IMG/VR virus record: IMGVR_UViG_2651869821_000001
DNA: 64,000 bases
Reading direction: 5' to 3' (one strand)
Source of the DNA: a virus
Lineage: Duplodnaviria; Heunggongvirae; Uroviricota; Caudoviricetes
The position numbers and the translations under genes are program-made. The stretch's first letter is position 1, and each line of letters starts with the position of its first letter. The notes below the pieces were generated by a model. That model was not told where the DNA came from. It did no database searches and saw only the letters and a list, made by a program, of their open reading frames with translations. Below, piece by piece: positions 1-9,208 of this stretch.

Positions 1-857
1 TCAGGATTTCGCTGGCTGTATAAATGCCATCCCTGGTCGTCGTCCAGTTCAATTACAGTGGGTCTGTCAGAATTTCCCCATAAATTAAAACGCGAATTCA
101 GCGATGAGTTATTGTCACTCGTCAGTGATAATTTTCTACCGTCACCCGCGAGTACATCACCCACAACATATAATTTCCCCGGCTGCAAACGAGCCACAAG
201 AGCGTTATTGGCATAAACATCCAGTACCCCGTCGCTATTCTGTTTAAGACCAGTATCGTTATCGCCGAGCACAATAGAATTACCGCCAAGTGCGTTATCC
301 GTACCGATACCCAACGCACCGTTAATGCGACCACCGTTAACTGAAAGCGCCCCCATTTCGTCGGCTGATGGTTTGTTTACGGTATTGAAATCGCGTCGCC
401 AGCCCGGAGAGTAATCACCGCCGTTATTGATATACGTAAACTGAGCGCTGGCAACCCCTCCTCCTGACGTTGTTGTTGGGGTAGTGACGCGTATTGTCAT
501 TGCACCACGAAATCCCATCACCTCAACAACTGCACCGGCCAGACAGATATTACCGCATCCAGTATCCGTGATTGTCTTGTTGTCGGCGTAACTCCATGAA
601 CCCCGACACATCCAGTACCGATGATTAAATGCACCTTGCGACTCCAGCCAGACGATAAATTCCGCAGTAGTCCACGGATTGCTGTCACCTCCGATATGAA
701 TCCCGCCACTAAATGCCAGCGCCGCCCCGATATTCTGTGCAAATAACCCCTTGTCAGGAATATCGCCGCCATTCTGGTCTTTTTGCATGGCGCCGGCTGC
801 GCGATTTATGGTTTCTCTTAAACCAACGTTTTTGAAAATGCACAAGATAGCCTTAAA
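1..857 (-). CDS. Tail-fibre C-terminal (variable-type) cassette; 5' end lies on the crossover site, 3' end runs off the window (partial)
   Basis: Hand translation of the minus strand from about 857 (alternative Met at 788) to position 1 gives more than 280 codons with no stop. The product is G/N/S/T-rich and fibre-like (..NGGDIPDKGLFAQNIGAALAFSGGIHIGGDSNPW..NGGRINGALGIGTDNALGGNSIVLGDNDTGLKQNSDGV..). It is absent from the supplied track because no stop falls inside the window. Confidence 0.5.
813..838. promoter_or_regulatory. 26-bp hix/gix/cix-like crossover site for the adjacent DNA invertase
   Basis: TTCTCTTAAACCAACGTTTTTGAAAA versus the remembered hixL TTCTTGAAAACCAAGGTTTTTGATAA. Same length, central AA dinucleotide and imperfect dyad. 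It lies inside the 5' end of the minus-strand fibre cassette and about 50 bp upstream of the invertase start. Confidence 0.55.
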
Positions 858-885
858 TGGCATTATTCAGGCTTTTAAGAGGGGA

Positions 886-1448
886 GCTGTCGTGCAAATT
901 GGCTATGTGCGGGTGTCAACAAATGACCAGAACACCGATTTACAGCGAAACGCGCTGAAGTGCGCAGGATGTGAGCTGATATTTGAAGACAAAATAAGCG
1001 GAACTAAAGCAGAAAGGCCGGGGCTAAAAAACTGCTCCGGACATTAACTGCAGGAGACACACTGGTCGTATGGAAGTTAGATCGCCTTGGTCGCAGTATG
1101 CGTCATCTGGTCGTTCTGATAGAGGAGCTGCGGGAGCGTGGCGTTAATTTCCGCAGCCTGACCGACAGCATAGACACGTCGACGCCAATGGGGCGATTCT
1201 TCTTTCATGTCATGGGCGCACTCGCTGAAATGGAACGTGAATTGATTGTGGAAAGAACTCGCGCCGGACTGGAGGCGGCAAGAGCGTATGGACGCATTGG
1301 TGGCCGACGACCGAAACTAACATCGGAACAATGGGCACAGGCCGGACGCCTGATTAAAGCTGGAGAATCACGCAAACGTGTGGCTCTTATATACGACATT
1401 GGACTATCCACTCTTTATAAAAAATTCCCCGCATCGACAAAATCATAA
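886..1448 (+). pseudogene. Gin/Cin/Pin/Hin-family serine DNA invertase, split by a -1 frameshift in an A6 run (1026..1031)
   Basis: GTG start with AGGGGAG RBS; VQIGYVRVSTNDQNTDLQRNAL..ERPGLKK (catalytic Ser region). The second ORF continues [49 protein letters not shown] (C-terminal HTH). The two track ORFs 751..1047 and 1098..1448 join into one invertase if one A is added in the homopolymer. Confidence 0.85.
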
Positions 1449-1514
1449 TATATGTATGTTAGTACTTACTATATAAATATGGTATAAACTATCCATCTAT
1501 CTGTTTGACTTTTC

Positions 1515-1850
1515 ATGGAGGAATTAATGTCGAACGAGATGGCAGGTGTTACGCCTGAACAGGTGGAGCGTATTGCCGCTATCGTTGCGCGAGAAGTTGT
1601 TGGTAAGTTAGGTAAGGAGTTACGAGAGGAGATTGGTCAGGAGGTTAATGATCAGCTCAAAACCTATTTTGGCGATATGACACCTGCGCAACACAGCATT
1701 CAACACTCAAACTTAGATAAGCTTCTGAATAGGTTAGACACCATTTCCAGTGGTTTTTTTGGGGGCATTGTCTCCAAAATTACGTCGATTCTAATCACAG
1801 CACTGATTTTGGGTCTTGCCGCCTATGGCGTAAAAAGTGGAATGAAATAA
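1515..1850 (+). CDS. Small protein with one C-terminal TM segment; possible holin or lysis regulator
   Basis: RBS GGAGG upstream; soluble coiled N-terminal part then ITSILITALILGLAAYGV TM; first gene of the lysis cluster. Confidence 0.3.
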   Translation: MEELMSNEMAGVTPEQVERIAAIVAREVVGKLGKELREEIGQEVNDQLKTYFGDMTPAQHSIQHSNLDKLLNRLDTISSGFFGGIVSKITSILITALILGLAAYGVKSGMK

Positions 1851-1863
1851 CAGGAGATCACGG

Positions 1864-2556
1864 ATGAATACTCCAAGAGGAATTAGAAACAATAACCCTG
1901 GCAATCTTGATAAGGGATCGCCGTGGCAGGGGTTAATCAATAATCCTTCCGAATCACGTTTCTGCACGTTCAAAGATCCAGTTTGGGGAATTAGAGCACT
2001 GGCAGTTACGCTTATCACTTATCACGATAAACGCCGCGCAAGAGATGGCTCCAGTATAGATACCATCCGCGAAGTCATTGAACGATGGGCGCCTCCACAT
2101 GAGAACAACACTACGGCATATATTAATGAGGTAGCAAAAGCTGTTGGTGTTTCTCCGGATATGACAATAGATCTTCACAACTATGACACCATTAGACCGT
2201 TGGTTGAAGCCATTATTCGACATGAGAATGGTCGTGGGCCTCTTAAAACTCCAAATACATGGTATGCCTCAGAAATAGTCGAAGAAGGTCTTCGTCGTGC
2301 AGGTATCGTTAAGCCTGTCAAAACAGTTAAATCCGTTCCTGTTACTAAAGAAACAGCTGGAGCGACTGTTACTGCTGGCATTGGGTTAGCGCAACTTGCC
2401 GACGTAATGCCACAAGTCTCAATCGCGATGGATAAAGCCCAGGGGCACATTACTAGCGGTGATACGGTCCGCATTATTTTCGGTATTGCAACTATTGTAG
2501 TAGCCGGCTTTATCGCATGGTCTCAGGTTCGTAAACATCAACAGGGGATAGTCTGA
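1864..2556 (+). CDS. Putative peptidoglycan hydrolase (muramidase-like endolysin) with C-terminal TM anchor
   Basis: N-terminal GIRNNNPGNL..W.G signature that I associate with phage muramidase-family endolysins; C-terminal IIFGIATIVVAGFIAW hydrophobic helix; directly precedes Rz/Rz1. Confidence 0.45.
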   Translation: MNTPRGIRNNNPGNLDKGSPWQGLINNPSESRFCTFKDPVWGIRALAVTLITYHDKRRARDGSSIDTIREVIERWAPPHENNTTAYINEVAKAVGVSPDMTIDLHNYDTIRPLVEAIIRHENGRGPLKTPNTWYASEIVEEGLRRAGIVKPVKTVKSVPVTKETAGATVTAGIGLAQLADVMPQVSIAMDKAQGHITSGDTVRIIFGIATIVVAGFIAWSQVRKHQQGIV

Positions 2557-2810
2557 TGCTTACTGGCAGCCTATTTTCACAGATTAAAAGTGGTCTGATG
2601 ACGTTGGCTGCCGTTCTTTTAGTGCTTGTCGGGGCATATTCATTGGGTGGGAGAGCGGCTCGACAAGCACTTGAAGAAAAGGCCAGACGAGAAGATAACA
2701 GGCGACTACAGAATACCGTGGATGAGAAAAATGAGACTATCAACGAGATACGGCGTAAGGATGCTTCTGTCGTTCATCATGAGCTTCATGATAAGTGGAT
2801 GCGTGATTAA
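2556..2810 (+). CDS. i-spanin (Rz-like)
   Basis: ATGA start overlap with the upstream gene; N-terminal TM (LMTLAAVLLVLVGAY) followed by charged coiled-coil periplasmic region. Confidence 0.6.
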   Translation: MLTGSLFSQIKSGLMTLAAVLLVLVGAYSLGGRAARQALEEKARREDNRRLQNTVDEKNETINEIRRKDASVVHHELHDKWMRD

Positions 2811-2970
2811 GCCTCAAACGGTAGGGGTTCTTTTTTGTGATGGGGCAAACCCTATCTACGTCAGTCGGGACGACAGTATGACCGAACAAACTGAACGTGA
2901 AATACTCATTCATAACACGCTTGGAGAGCGGTTATGCCACTGGCAATATGGAACATCGTCCACTAAATAA
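2761..2970 (+). CDS. o-spanin (Rz1-like lipoprotein), +1 frame, overlapping the 3' end of Rz
   Basis: RBS TAAGG then ATG at 2761; signal peptide ending in lipobox MISGC; short Pro/Thr-containing mature part; classic embedded/overlapping Rz1 arrangement. Confidence 0.55.
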   Translation: MLLSFIMSFMISGCVIKPQTVGVLFCDGANPIYVSRDDSMTEQTEREILIHNTLGERLCHWQYGTSSTK

Positions 2971-2973
2971 ACA

Positions 2974-2997
2974 AGCCCCGTAATGGGGCTTCTCGTC
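2974..2997 (+). terminator. Hairpin after the lysis cluster
   Basis: AGCCCCGTAATGGGGCT stem-loop followed by TCTCGTC. Confidence 0.45.
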
Positions 2998-3114
2998 AAC
3001 CGTCAGTACCTGACAATTAACCTTTACACCGTCGCCGTAGGCATTTAGGCTATATCCCATATAAGAAAACAAGTTGTTTCATACGACTATAATTCACGCA
3101 AAGGGAGCTATCCA

Positions 3115-3780
3115 ATGACCAGGATCATTGTGGTTGGCGGCACGAAAGGCGGGCCTGGCAAATCTACAGTTGCCCAGCAAATTGCTGTATGCCTAAAAGT
3201 TAAAAAGAAAAAGAAAATCCAAATTACAGATATTGATATTCAGCGCACTACTACTAGCTGGTGTGAAGACCGACGCCAGAATGAAGATCTTGAACTTATT
3301 CCTTTCGCTTATGTGCCTGATGATATTGTAAAACACATCAAATCACTCAAAGGGCGTTTTGAATATGTCGTGGTCGATGCAGGAGGTTTCGACTCCGAAA
3401 TTCAGCGCCAAGTGATGCTGTTGGCGGACTTCATTATCATTCCGCTTCGCCCTAAACGCCGTGATCTGAAATCCCTTCGTGACATTGACCCAATTATAGA
3501 TAACGTTAGGAACGTCAACGAAAAAGTGAAGATCCGAGCAGTGATTAACCAATGCCCGTCACTACCTTCGCAGGCATCCCGTATTCTGGCTGCCAAAGAT
3601 ATTGTGGAAACATTTGGTATAGAGTCCGCCCCCGTTAATCTTTACAACCGTAACGTCTATGACGATGCAGAAGAAGCTGGTCGTTCAATTTTTGAAATGA
3701 CCGGTGCGGAACGTGACAAAAAGGCGGAAGCCGAGTTTGAAGAGTTTGTAGATTACATCTTGAGTCTGGAGGAAAAATAA
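3115..3780 (+). CDS. parA: ParA-family partition ATPase
   Basis: MTRIIVVGGTKGGPGKSTVAQ deviant Walker A, ParA-like length (221 aa), followed by a small basic partner ORF. Confidence 0.7.
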   Translation: MTRIIVVGGTKGGPGKSTVAQQIAVCLKVKKKKKIQITDIDIQRTTTSWCEDRRQNEDLELIPFAYVPDDIVKHIKSLKGRFEYVVVDAGGFDSEIQRQVMLLADFIIIPLRPKRRDLKSLRDIDPIIDNVRNVNEKVKIRAVINQCPSLPSQASRILAAKDIVETFGIESAPVNLYNRNVYDDAEEAGRSIFEMTGAERDKKAEAEFEEFVDYILSLEEK

Positions 3781-4139
3781 TGTCCATGAAAATGGGAGAC
3801 CTTGCTAAGCGCAAAGAGCCGGATGTTCAGGCTAAAAGTAACACACCTATGCGCCAGCCTGTCAGACCACAGGGCCGCCCGACTCGTGGGAAAGAAAAAA
3901 TTAAAAGCCGCACAATGTCGCTGGAAGACGAGTATTTCGAACTGCTGGAGATGATGAAGTTCATCCCTCGTTTCGAAAAGTTCACCCGTTCTGATGTGAT
4001 TCGTGCAGCCATTTTCCATCTGGCTGAGAAGTCGCCGCAGGAGATCGAGGATATCGTGAAGCTGAACGAGGCGATTACGGCTTCTGATGTAACAATGCGT
4101 ACTGATGAAATCAAGCGTGAGTTGATGAAAAAAGGCTGA
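3780..4139 (+). CDS. Small basic protein, likely partition partner (ParB/ParG-like)
   Basis: ATGA overlap with parA stop; lysine/arginine-rich N-terminus, 119 aa. Confidence 0.35.
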   Translation: MSMKMGDLAKRKEPDVQAKSNTPMRQPVRPQGRPTRGKEKIKSRTMSLEDEYFELLEMMKFIPRFEKFTRSDVIRAAIFHLAEKSPQEIEDIVKLNEAITASDVTMRTDEIKRELMKKG

Positions 4140-4169
4140 CAAATTCGGTCTGGTGCTACGATTTCAAGA

Positions 4170-4223
4170 CCTGCTTCCGTATATTAAATAATAAATAACT
4201 TATTAAATATATACGGAAGCAGG
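4170..4223. repeat. 54-bp AT-rich palindrome, copy 1 (identical copy at 52046..52099)
   Basis: CCTGCTTCCGTATATTAAATAATAAATAACTTATTAAATATATACGGAAGCAGG; 16-bp perfect arms extendable to about 27 bp with one mismatch. Confidence 0.85.
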
Positions 4224-4344
4224 CATGTTCTAACCACTACCCACAGACGAAACCCTTGCGTTTCCACTTCCCAAAAGGATCTCCAGTCGCTATGATCTGC
4301 CCATTACGATAAGTAAGTATCTACCTATCAGGCAGGGCGATCGC

Positions 4345-5079
4345 ATGAGTCAGATTTTCTTTAACACTATTGATAACAACCAGTATGACTTCATGACCGA
4401 GTGGAGCACCGTAGTTATGGACAAGTGGGTGGCTGAAAATATCGGTCTCTCACGATGCAAAGATGAAGCTGATCTGTATGAAACAAAGTGGTTCGATTAT
4501 CGCGACATGCACCCACTCATGGCCACTTGCCTTTTTACAGAAGCATACAAACGCCAGTACTCCTACATCATGTTGTCGCACGGTCGAGAGCATTTTGAAA
4601 CGGCTATTTATACGACAGGTCTTAAACGTCTGCCGTATCAGGAGTTGTCTTCAGTTAATAAAACTTCTCTCTGGAAAGCACGACAGTTTGCAGATAGGTA
4701 CTGCTGCTCATACGACTACTTCATATCCACTGTTCTGTCAGCGGCAGCAAGACGCTTATGGGACAAATTGCCACGCCCTCAACATCTATGGCAACCGGAG
4801 TTAGTGGAAATATTTGAGAAGAAATTAGCCAAACGTTACGAGACGCGTCTGGATGACTCACTGGTGAGTTTTAAACACATGGGAGACATGCAGCATGACC
4901 CGATACAAGAACGCTATTTCGAATGGGTTCTGGAGCGTTTGCGTGGCATTACGCGAGCCAAACGCATCCGGATCATTCTCTCCGCAGTATGGTTGATGGA
5001 ACTTGTGCCTGAGCGGGTAATTATTGCCAATTTTCCGGAAGAACTGGAAGAAGCAAGGCGTCTTGTTGATCCCCTCTAA
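4345..5079 (+). CDS. Hypothetical protein
   Basis: 244-aa ORF in the main plus-strand coding frame; preceded by an ATAAGTAAGTA-type motif. Confidence 0.45.
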   Translation: MSQIFFNTIDNNQYDFMTEWSTVVMDKWVAENIGLSRCKDEADLYETKWFDYRDMHPLMATCLFTEAYKRQYSYIMLSHGREHFETAIYTTGLKRLPYQELSSVNKTSLWKARQFADRYCCSYDYFISTVLSAAARRLWDKLPRPQHLWQPELVEIFEKKLAKRYETRLDDSLVSFKHMGDMQHDPIQERYFEWVLERLRGITRAKRIRIILSAVWLMELVPERVIIANFPEELEEARRLVDPL

Positions 5080-5129
5080 AGAATTTTTAGTATCAGAAAA
5101 CAAATTATTAAAACATTAAAGGAAAGCAC

Positions 5130-6470
5130 ATGACCGAACTTTGCCATACAGGACGAGGGTTATCTGAAGAGTTCGACGACGATTTCCAGAACCGACTTGC
5201 TGCCTATTTTTGTCGCGATCATGAGTTTTTGACTCGTGCCGGAGATCTGGTTGCACCAAACCAGTTTTCTAATGCAGCAAACGCCATTCTGGTAAACATG
5301 GTGTCCGGCTACTACAGAATGTACAAAAGCGCACCATCGTCGTCGGCAATACTGGATATGCTCAAACGTGCCAAACGTGATAAAACGATCCGCGAAGAAC
5401 TGTTCCCTGATGTTGTCGAGACATTTAAGCGTATTCTTGCTGAGAAGCTATCAGACACTGCGTACATGGTTGACCAGGTGGCAACATTCGCCAAAAGTGT
5501 AGCATTTGACGACGCGCTGATTAAGGCTGCTGAGATGAAGGAAAAGGGCGATTTTCAGGGCGCGATGGCGATAATGACCAAAGTGCAGCAAATCGGCTCT
5601 AACGAAGCTACCGGCATTTATGATTATCTTGCTGAATCATGTGAGCGTTATAAGGCGCGTGAGTATGAGTCATCAGACGACTATGTACCTAACAGCATCA
5701 CAACAGGTATACCTTTACTCGATAAGATGCTGTATCAAAAAGGGTGGGCGCGACGTGAAATGGTACTTTTCATGGGTTTTGCCAAGTCAGGTAAGTCTAC
5801 CGCAATGGGGGAGTTTTCCATCAACGCTACTCTAGCCGGCTACAACGTCCTGTATTTGTCTTTAGAGGTTCATACCTCGATATTGTCTGACCGTTTCGAT
5901 GCGCGGTTGTCTGAAACAGAAATGTCCAAATTGGTCGAGCGTCGAGATGATGTACATCGCAAATTGGCGGAGCTTGGCGCGACGAAAGGCATTGGAAGCT
6001 TGTGGATTGTTGAAAGACCATCTGGAAGTATGTCACCTGCAGATCTTGATCGCATGTTAAGCAGTATGAAAGCTAACGGCATGGTTCCGGATGTGGTTGT
6101 CGTCGACTATGCCGATCTTATGCGTGCAAGCTACGATTTGCGTGATGATCGCGCAAATGTTCGTAGCATCTACACAGACCTTCGAGCTCTATATGATAAG
6201 CATAACGTAGCAGGTATAACGGCATCACAGACTAACAGGGAAGGTGGCGCGTCCGAGGTGGCCACAATGATGCACGCCGCCGACAACATCGAGAAGGTGC
6301 GTATCGCTGACCTCGTTATCACTATCAACAAAACGGAAGAGGAAGAAGCGAAAGGCGAAGCGCGTCTTTATTTCGCTGGCTCACGTAACCAAAAGGGCGG
6401 AGTTAGTATTCGCGTTAAACAGAATCTTGAACAAATGCGTTTTATTGAGCGCATTCTGGACGTCCTCTAA
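5130..6470 (+). CDS. DnaB-family replicative DNA helicase
   Basis: GFAKSGKST Walker A, LYLSLEV, VVVDYADLM, ITASQTNREG and GSRNQKGGVSI motifs line up with DnaB/gp41-type helicase motifs H1 to H4. Confidence 0.8.
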   Translation: MTELCHTGRGLSEEFDDDFQNRLAAYFCRDHEFLTRAGDLVAPNQFSNAANAILVNMVSGYYRMYKSAPSSSAILDMLKRAKRDKTIREELFPDVVETFKRILAEKLSDTAYMVDQVATFAKSVAFDDALIKAAEMKEKGDFQGAMAIMTKVQQIGSNEATGIYDYLAESCERYKAREYESSDDYVPNSITTGIPLLDKMLYQKGWARREMVLFMGFAKSGKSTAMGEFSINATLAGYNVLYLSLEVHTSILSDRFDARLSETEMSKLVERRDDVHRKLAELGATKGIGSLWIVERPSGSMSPADLDRMLSSMKANGMVPDVVVVDYADLMRASYDLRDDRANVRSIYTDLRALYDKHNVAGITASQTNREGGASEVATMMHAADNIEKVRIADLVITINKTEEEEAKGEARLYFAGSRNQKGGVSIRVKQNLEQMRFIERILDVL

Positions 6471-6529
6471 AAAGAAGGCGTGGGGGAACGCTCCCACGCC
6501 GGTCTCCATAAGAGAACAAATTTTCTCTT

Positions 6530-7741
6530 TTGCCAAAGCCACAAAAGAAAAAACACATGAGCCTTTATGGTATTCAAATACTGAGGCTTATCAAGAAACT
6601 ACCTGCAAAAAGTAGGGCTAAGAACGTGAGCGACTTGAAAGAATTACTGACCGAGCTGGATTTCGAGCAATGGCTCGATATGGAGGGGATCATCTATCGT
6701 CGTGGTGGCGTCAGTACTCGTGGACGAGAGGTAAACATCAAGGAGTGCCCGGTCTGCGGTAGCTCTAACTGGAAGGTTTATTTCAACCTGACCAATGGCG
6801 TCGGCAAATGCTTTGCTGGTGATCATCCAGAAGAGATTCAGTTCAACAAGCTGGTCTTCCTCAAGCACTACAGCGGCAAATCCCGTCGCGATTTTGAAGA
6901 GTACGTCCAGAACGCGCTGATTTCACAAGGATGGGCGCCGAAGAAGGAAGAGCTCGTGCTGGCCAGCAAGGTTGAATTGGAGGGGCCAGTAGCACTTCCA
7001 CGTCATTACGCACTCCCTATTGACGGTCGTCTTCCTGATTATCTGGTGGAACGCCATATTTCCCCGGAACTGGCCAAATACTTTGATCTGCGTTACTGCG
7101 TAGAAGGTAAGCACGCATACGTCGATCCGTACACAGACCAAGTCAAAGGGCAGGTGTTTGATATGCGCATCCTGATACCGGTTTACGATCTGGATGGCGT
7201 GATGAAGACCTTCCAGGGGCGTGACATTACCGGTGCAGCAGAACGCCGTTATCTCTTCCCCATGCAGTTGCCGGCGTCAGGTAAGTTTCTCTACAACGGC
7301 CACAACGCAGTCGGAAAACAAACGGTCGTTGTGTGTGAAGGGGCATTTGACGTAATGGGCGTGAAGCGTGCCATTTTCGACGAAGAGACGCTGCGGGATT
7401 ACGTGGAACCAATTGGCACGTTCGGGATGCACTTATCCGGAAATATGAATGAGGATGCTGAAGATCAGTTGGGCGCGTTCCTGACGCTCAAGGTGCATGG
7501 ATTACGCAACGTCATCATGATGTGGGATAGCGAGAAACAGGCGATCCGCAACACAATGTCGGCAGCAAGACGGCTCGCCAGTCTTGGTTTTAACGTTAAA
7601 GTTGCTTGTCTGGGAGAAGAAGGACTCGATCCTGGAGGTACAACATCAGAACAGATCCTTAAAGCCTACTATCGAGCCAAGCCATACACCAAGCACCTTG
7701 AACTACAAAGTAAGGTACACGGCATTAAAGCTCTTGTATAA
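6530..7741 (+). CDS. DNA primase (Zn-ribbon plus TOPRIM)
   Basis: CPVCGSS..C..H zinc-binding region and VVVCEGAFDVMGV TOPRIM acidic motif; directly downstream of the helicase. Confidence 0.7.
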   Translation: MPKPQKKKHMSLYGIQILRLIKKLPAKSRAKNVSDLKELLTELDFEQWLDMEGIIYRRGGVSTRGREVNIKECPVCGSSNWKVYFNLTNGVGKCFAGDHPEEIQFNKLVFLKHYSGKSRRDFEEYVQNALISQGWAPKKEELVLASKVELEGPVALPRHYALPIDGRLPDYLVERHISPELAKYFDLRYCVEGKHAYVDPYTDQVKGQVFDMRILIPVYDLDGVMKTFQGRDITGAAERRYLFPMQLPASGKFLYNGHNAVGKQTVVVCEGAFDVMGVKRAIFDEETLRDYVEPIGTFGMHLSGNMNEDAEDQLGAFLTLKVHGLRNVIMMWDSEKQAIRNTMSAARRLASLGFNVKVACLGEEGLDPGGTTSEQILKAYYRAKPYTKHLELQSKVHGIKALV

Positions 7742-7821
7742 ATTGCATGCCGCAAATGATAAGTAGATGCATACTTATTTTTCTGTAAGAATATGCGCGA
7801 CGAAGGAATTGAGGAACCTTT

Positions 7822-8616
7822 ATGAAAGCAGATATACAGAAGTCCGTTACCGAAATCATCGACAAATCAGGCGTAGAAATTGATACAGAAGGGCGCCAGA
7901 AGATTATCGATGAGGCGATCGAGACTGCGCTGGAGCACATCGCCACGTCTGTTAGCGCCGCACCTCTTGCGGAAGGCTCGAAATACATGCGGGTATGGGT
8001 TCGTTTTGGTGATTCCCCGGAGCTACCTGGTGTTAAGCAGAAACGCGCAGCACTCGTGGGATTCACTCGCAAGATGAAAGACGCAACGGTCGAAGTGCAT
8101 GTCGGTGCATGGTACGACGGCCGCGTTGTCTACACCAACAAGGCAGTATGCGATGCACGTGAACGGTTTGAGGATATTGTCGACGCGACTCTTCGAGTGA
8201 TCAAAGACAGGGCTGGTGTAGAGGATGACCCGTCTATCGCGGCGTTCCTGAGCATTGTCGAACTGCCTGACGTTACCGAGCGTGTTACAGATCTGACAAC
8301 CCCACCTGGTTTGCTGGAATTGGTAGTCAATGGCGATACCAAAAAAGTCGTTGAGCGAATTCGTGAGGTTGAATACGGCATGATCTGCGATATGTGCCGC
8401 AGCGACTTAGACATGGTACGCATCATTGTCGACGCGGGTCAGACATGTGACGGGGTGCTCGCCAGTTTTGCAGGGCAGGTGGCACGTCTGGCCAACGAGT
8501 TACCGATGATTAAACAGGAGGCAAAATCCTACGCCGTCCACCATGCCAATGATTTACTGGAGCCATACCGGTTCGAAGCCGCTCAGGACAAAATGACTTG
8601 CTGGGCGACCTGGTAA
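7822..8616 (+). CDS. Hypothetical protein
   Basis: 264-aa ORF, RBS GAGGAA upstream, followed by a strong terminator. Confidence 0.5.
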   Translation: MKADIQKSVTEIIDKSGVEIDTEGRQKIIDEAIETALEHIATSVSAAPLAEGSKYMRVWVRFGDSPELPGVKQKRAALVGFTRKMKDATVEVHVGAWYDGRVVYTNKAVCDARERFEDIVDATLRVIKDRAGVEDDPSIAAFLSIVELPDVTERVTDLTTPPGLLELVVNGDTKKVVERIREVEYGMICDMCRSDLDMVRIIVDAGQTCDGVLASFAGQVARLANELPMIKQEAKSYAVHHANDLLEPYRFEAAQDKMTCWATW

Positions 8617-8633
8617 GCCTCGATAAACCATTT

Positions 8634-8656
8634 AGCCCCCTGGTGGGGCTTTTTTA
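8634..8656 (+). terminator. Rho-independent terminator
   Basis: AGCCCCCTGGTGGGGCT stem followed by TTTTTT. Confidence 0.7.
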
Positions 8657-8697
8657 AACTGCGCTTAATAAGTAAGTACACGACTATGGTTGGAAGT

Positions 8698-9174
8698 ATG
8701 TCCACAAGAACAGATTTGTCGAAAATCCCGTCTATCTCCGGAAACAACGGTTATTCGCTGCGCTGCCCGGAAGTGAAGATCAACGGTCATGAGACCCATT
8801 GCAGCTATACAGTCTGCCAACACACCATCCTCGCCTACAAAGAGAAGCGTCTTCCGGCTACATCTTTCTTATCCTGCGCTGAGGCCATTGCTGCTGGCAA
8901 ATGTCTGGCACTGAAGATGATGGTCGAAGAGATCCGAAAAGGCGAACAGCTCTACTTCATCGATATGGCTGCGCTTATCAAAGAAGTAGAAGAGCAAAAC
9001 GACCATGCCAGAACGCTCACCCGGAAGCGTAACACCATGACGATTAACAGTATGGTTCAACGCACAAAGAAAACAGAACCAGCCAAACCAGAAACCACGT
9101 CCGCCGATTCACTTGCGCCCGTCACTGACGTGTACGCGGCACTCATTGAAGAAGCAACCAAAGAAAACACATGA
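8698..9174 (+). CDS. Hypothetical protein
   Basis: Track ORF 8686..9174; the first Met-start lies inside the upstream promoter-like motif, so the start is more likely the internal ATG at 8698. Confidence 0.4.
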   Translation: MSTRTDLSKIPSISGNNGYSLRCPEVKINGHETHCSYTVCQHTILAYKEKRLPATSFLSCAEAIAAGKCLALKMMVEEIRKGEQLYFIDMAALIKEVEEQNDHARTLTRKRNTMTINSMVQRTKKTEPAKPETTSADSLAPVTDVYAALIEEATKENT

Positions 9175-9208
9175 AAACTCTCGACCTACCGATGGAGGTT
9201 AAACATTA

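Noticed and set aside
122-772. Supplied minus-strand ORFs 122..334 and 518..772
   Set aside because: They lie in other frames inside a much longer stop-free minus-strand frame (857 to beyond position 1) that encodes the fibre-like protein. They are most likely shadow ORFs of that gene.
6477-6500. Hairpin GGCGTGGGGGAACGCTCCCACGCC after the helicase gene as a terminator
   Set aside because: Good stem but no downstream T tract, and the primase follows in the same operon. It is more likely an attenuator or RNA stability element; left unannotated.
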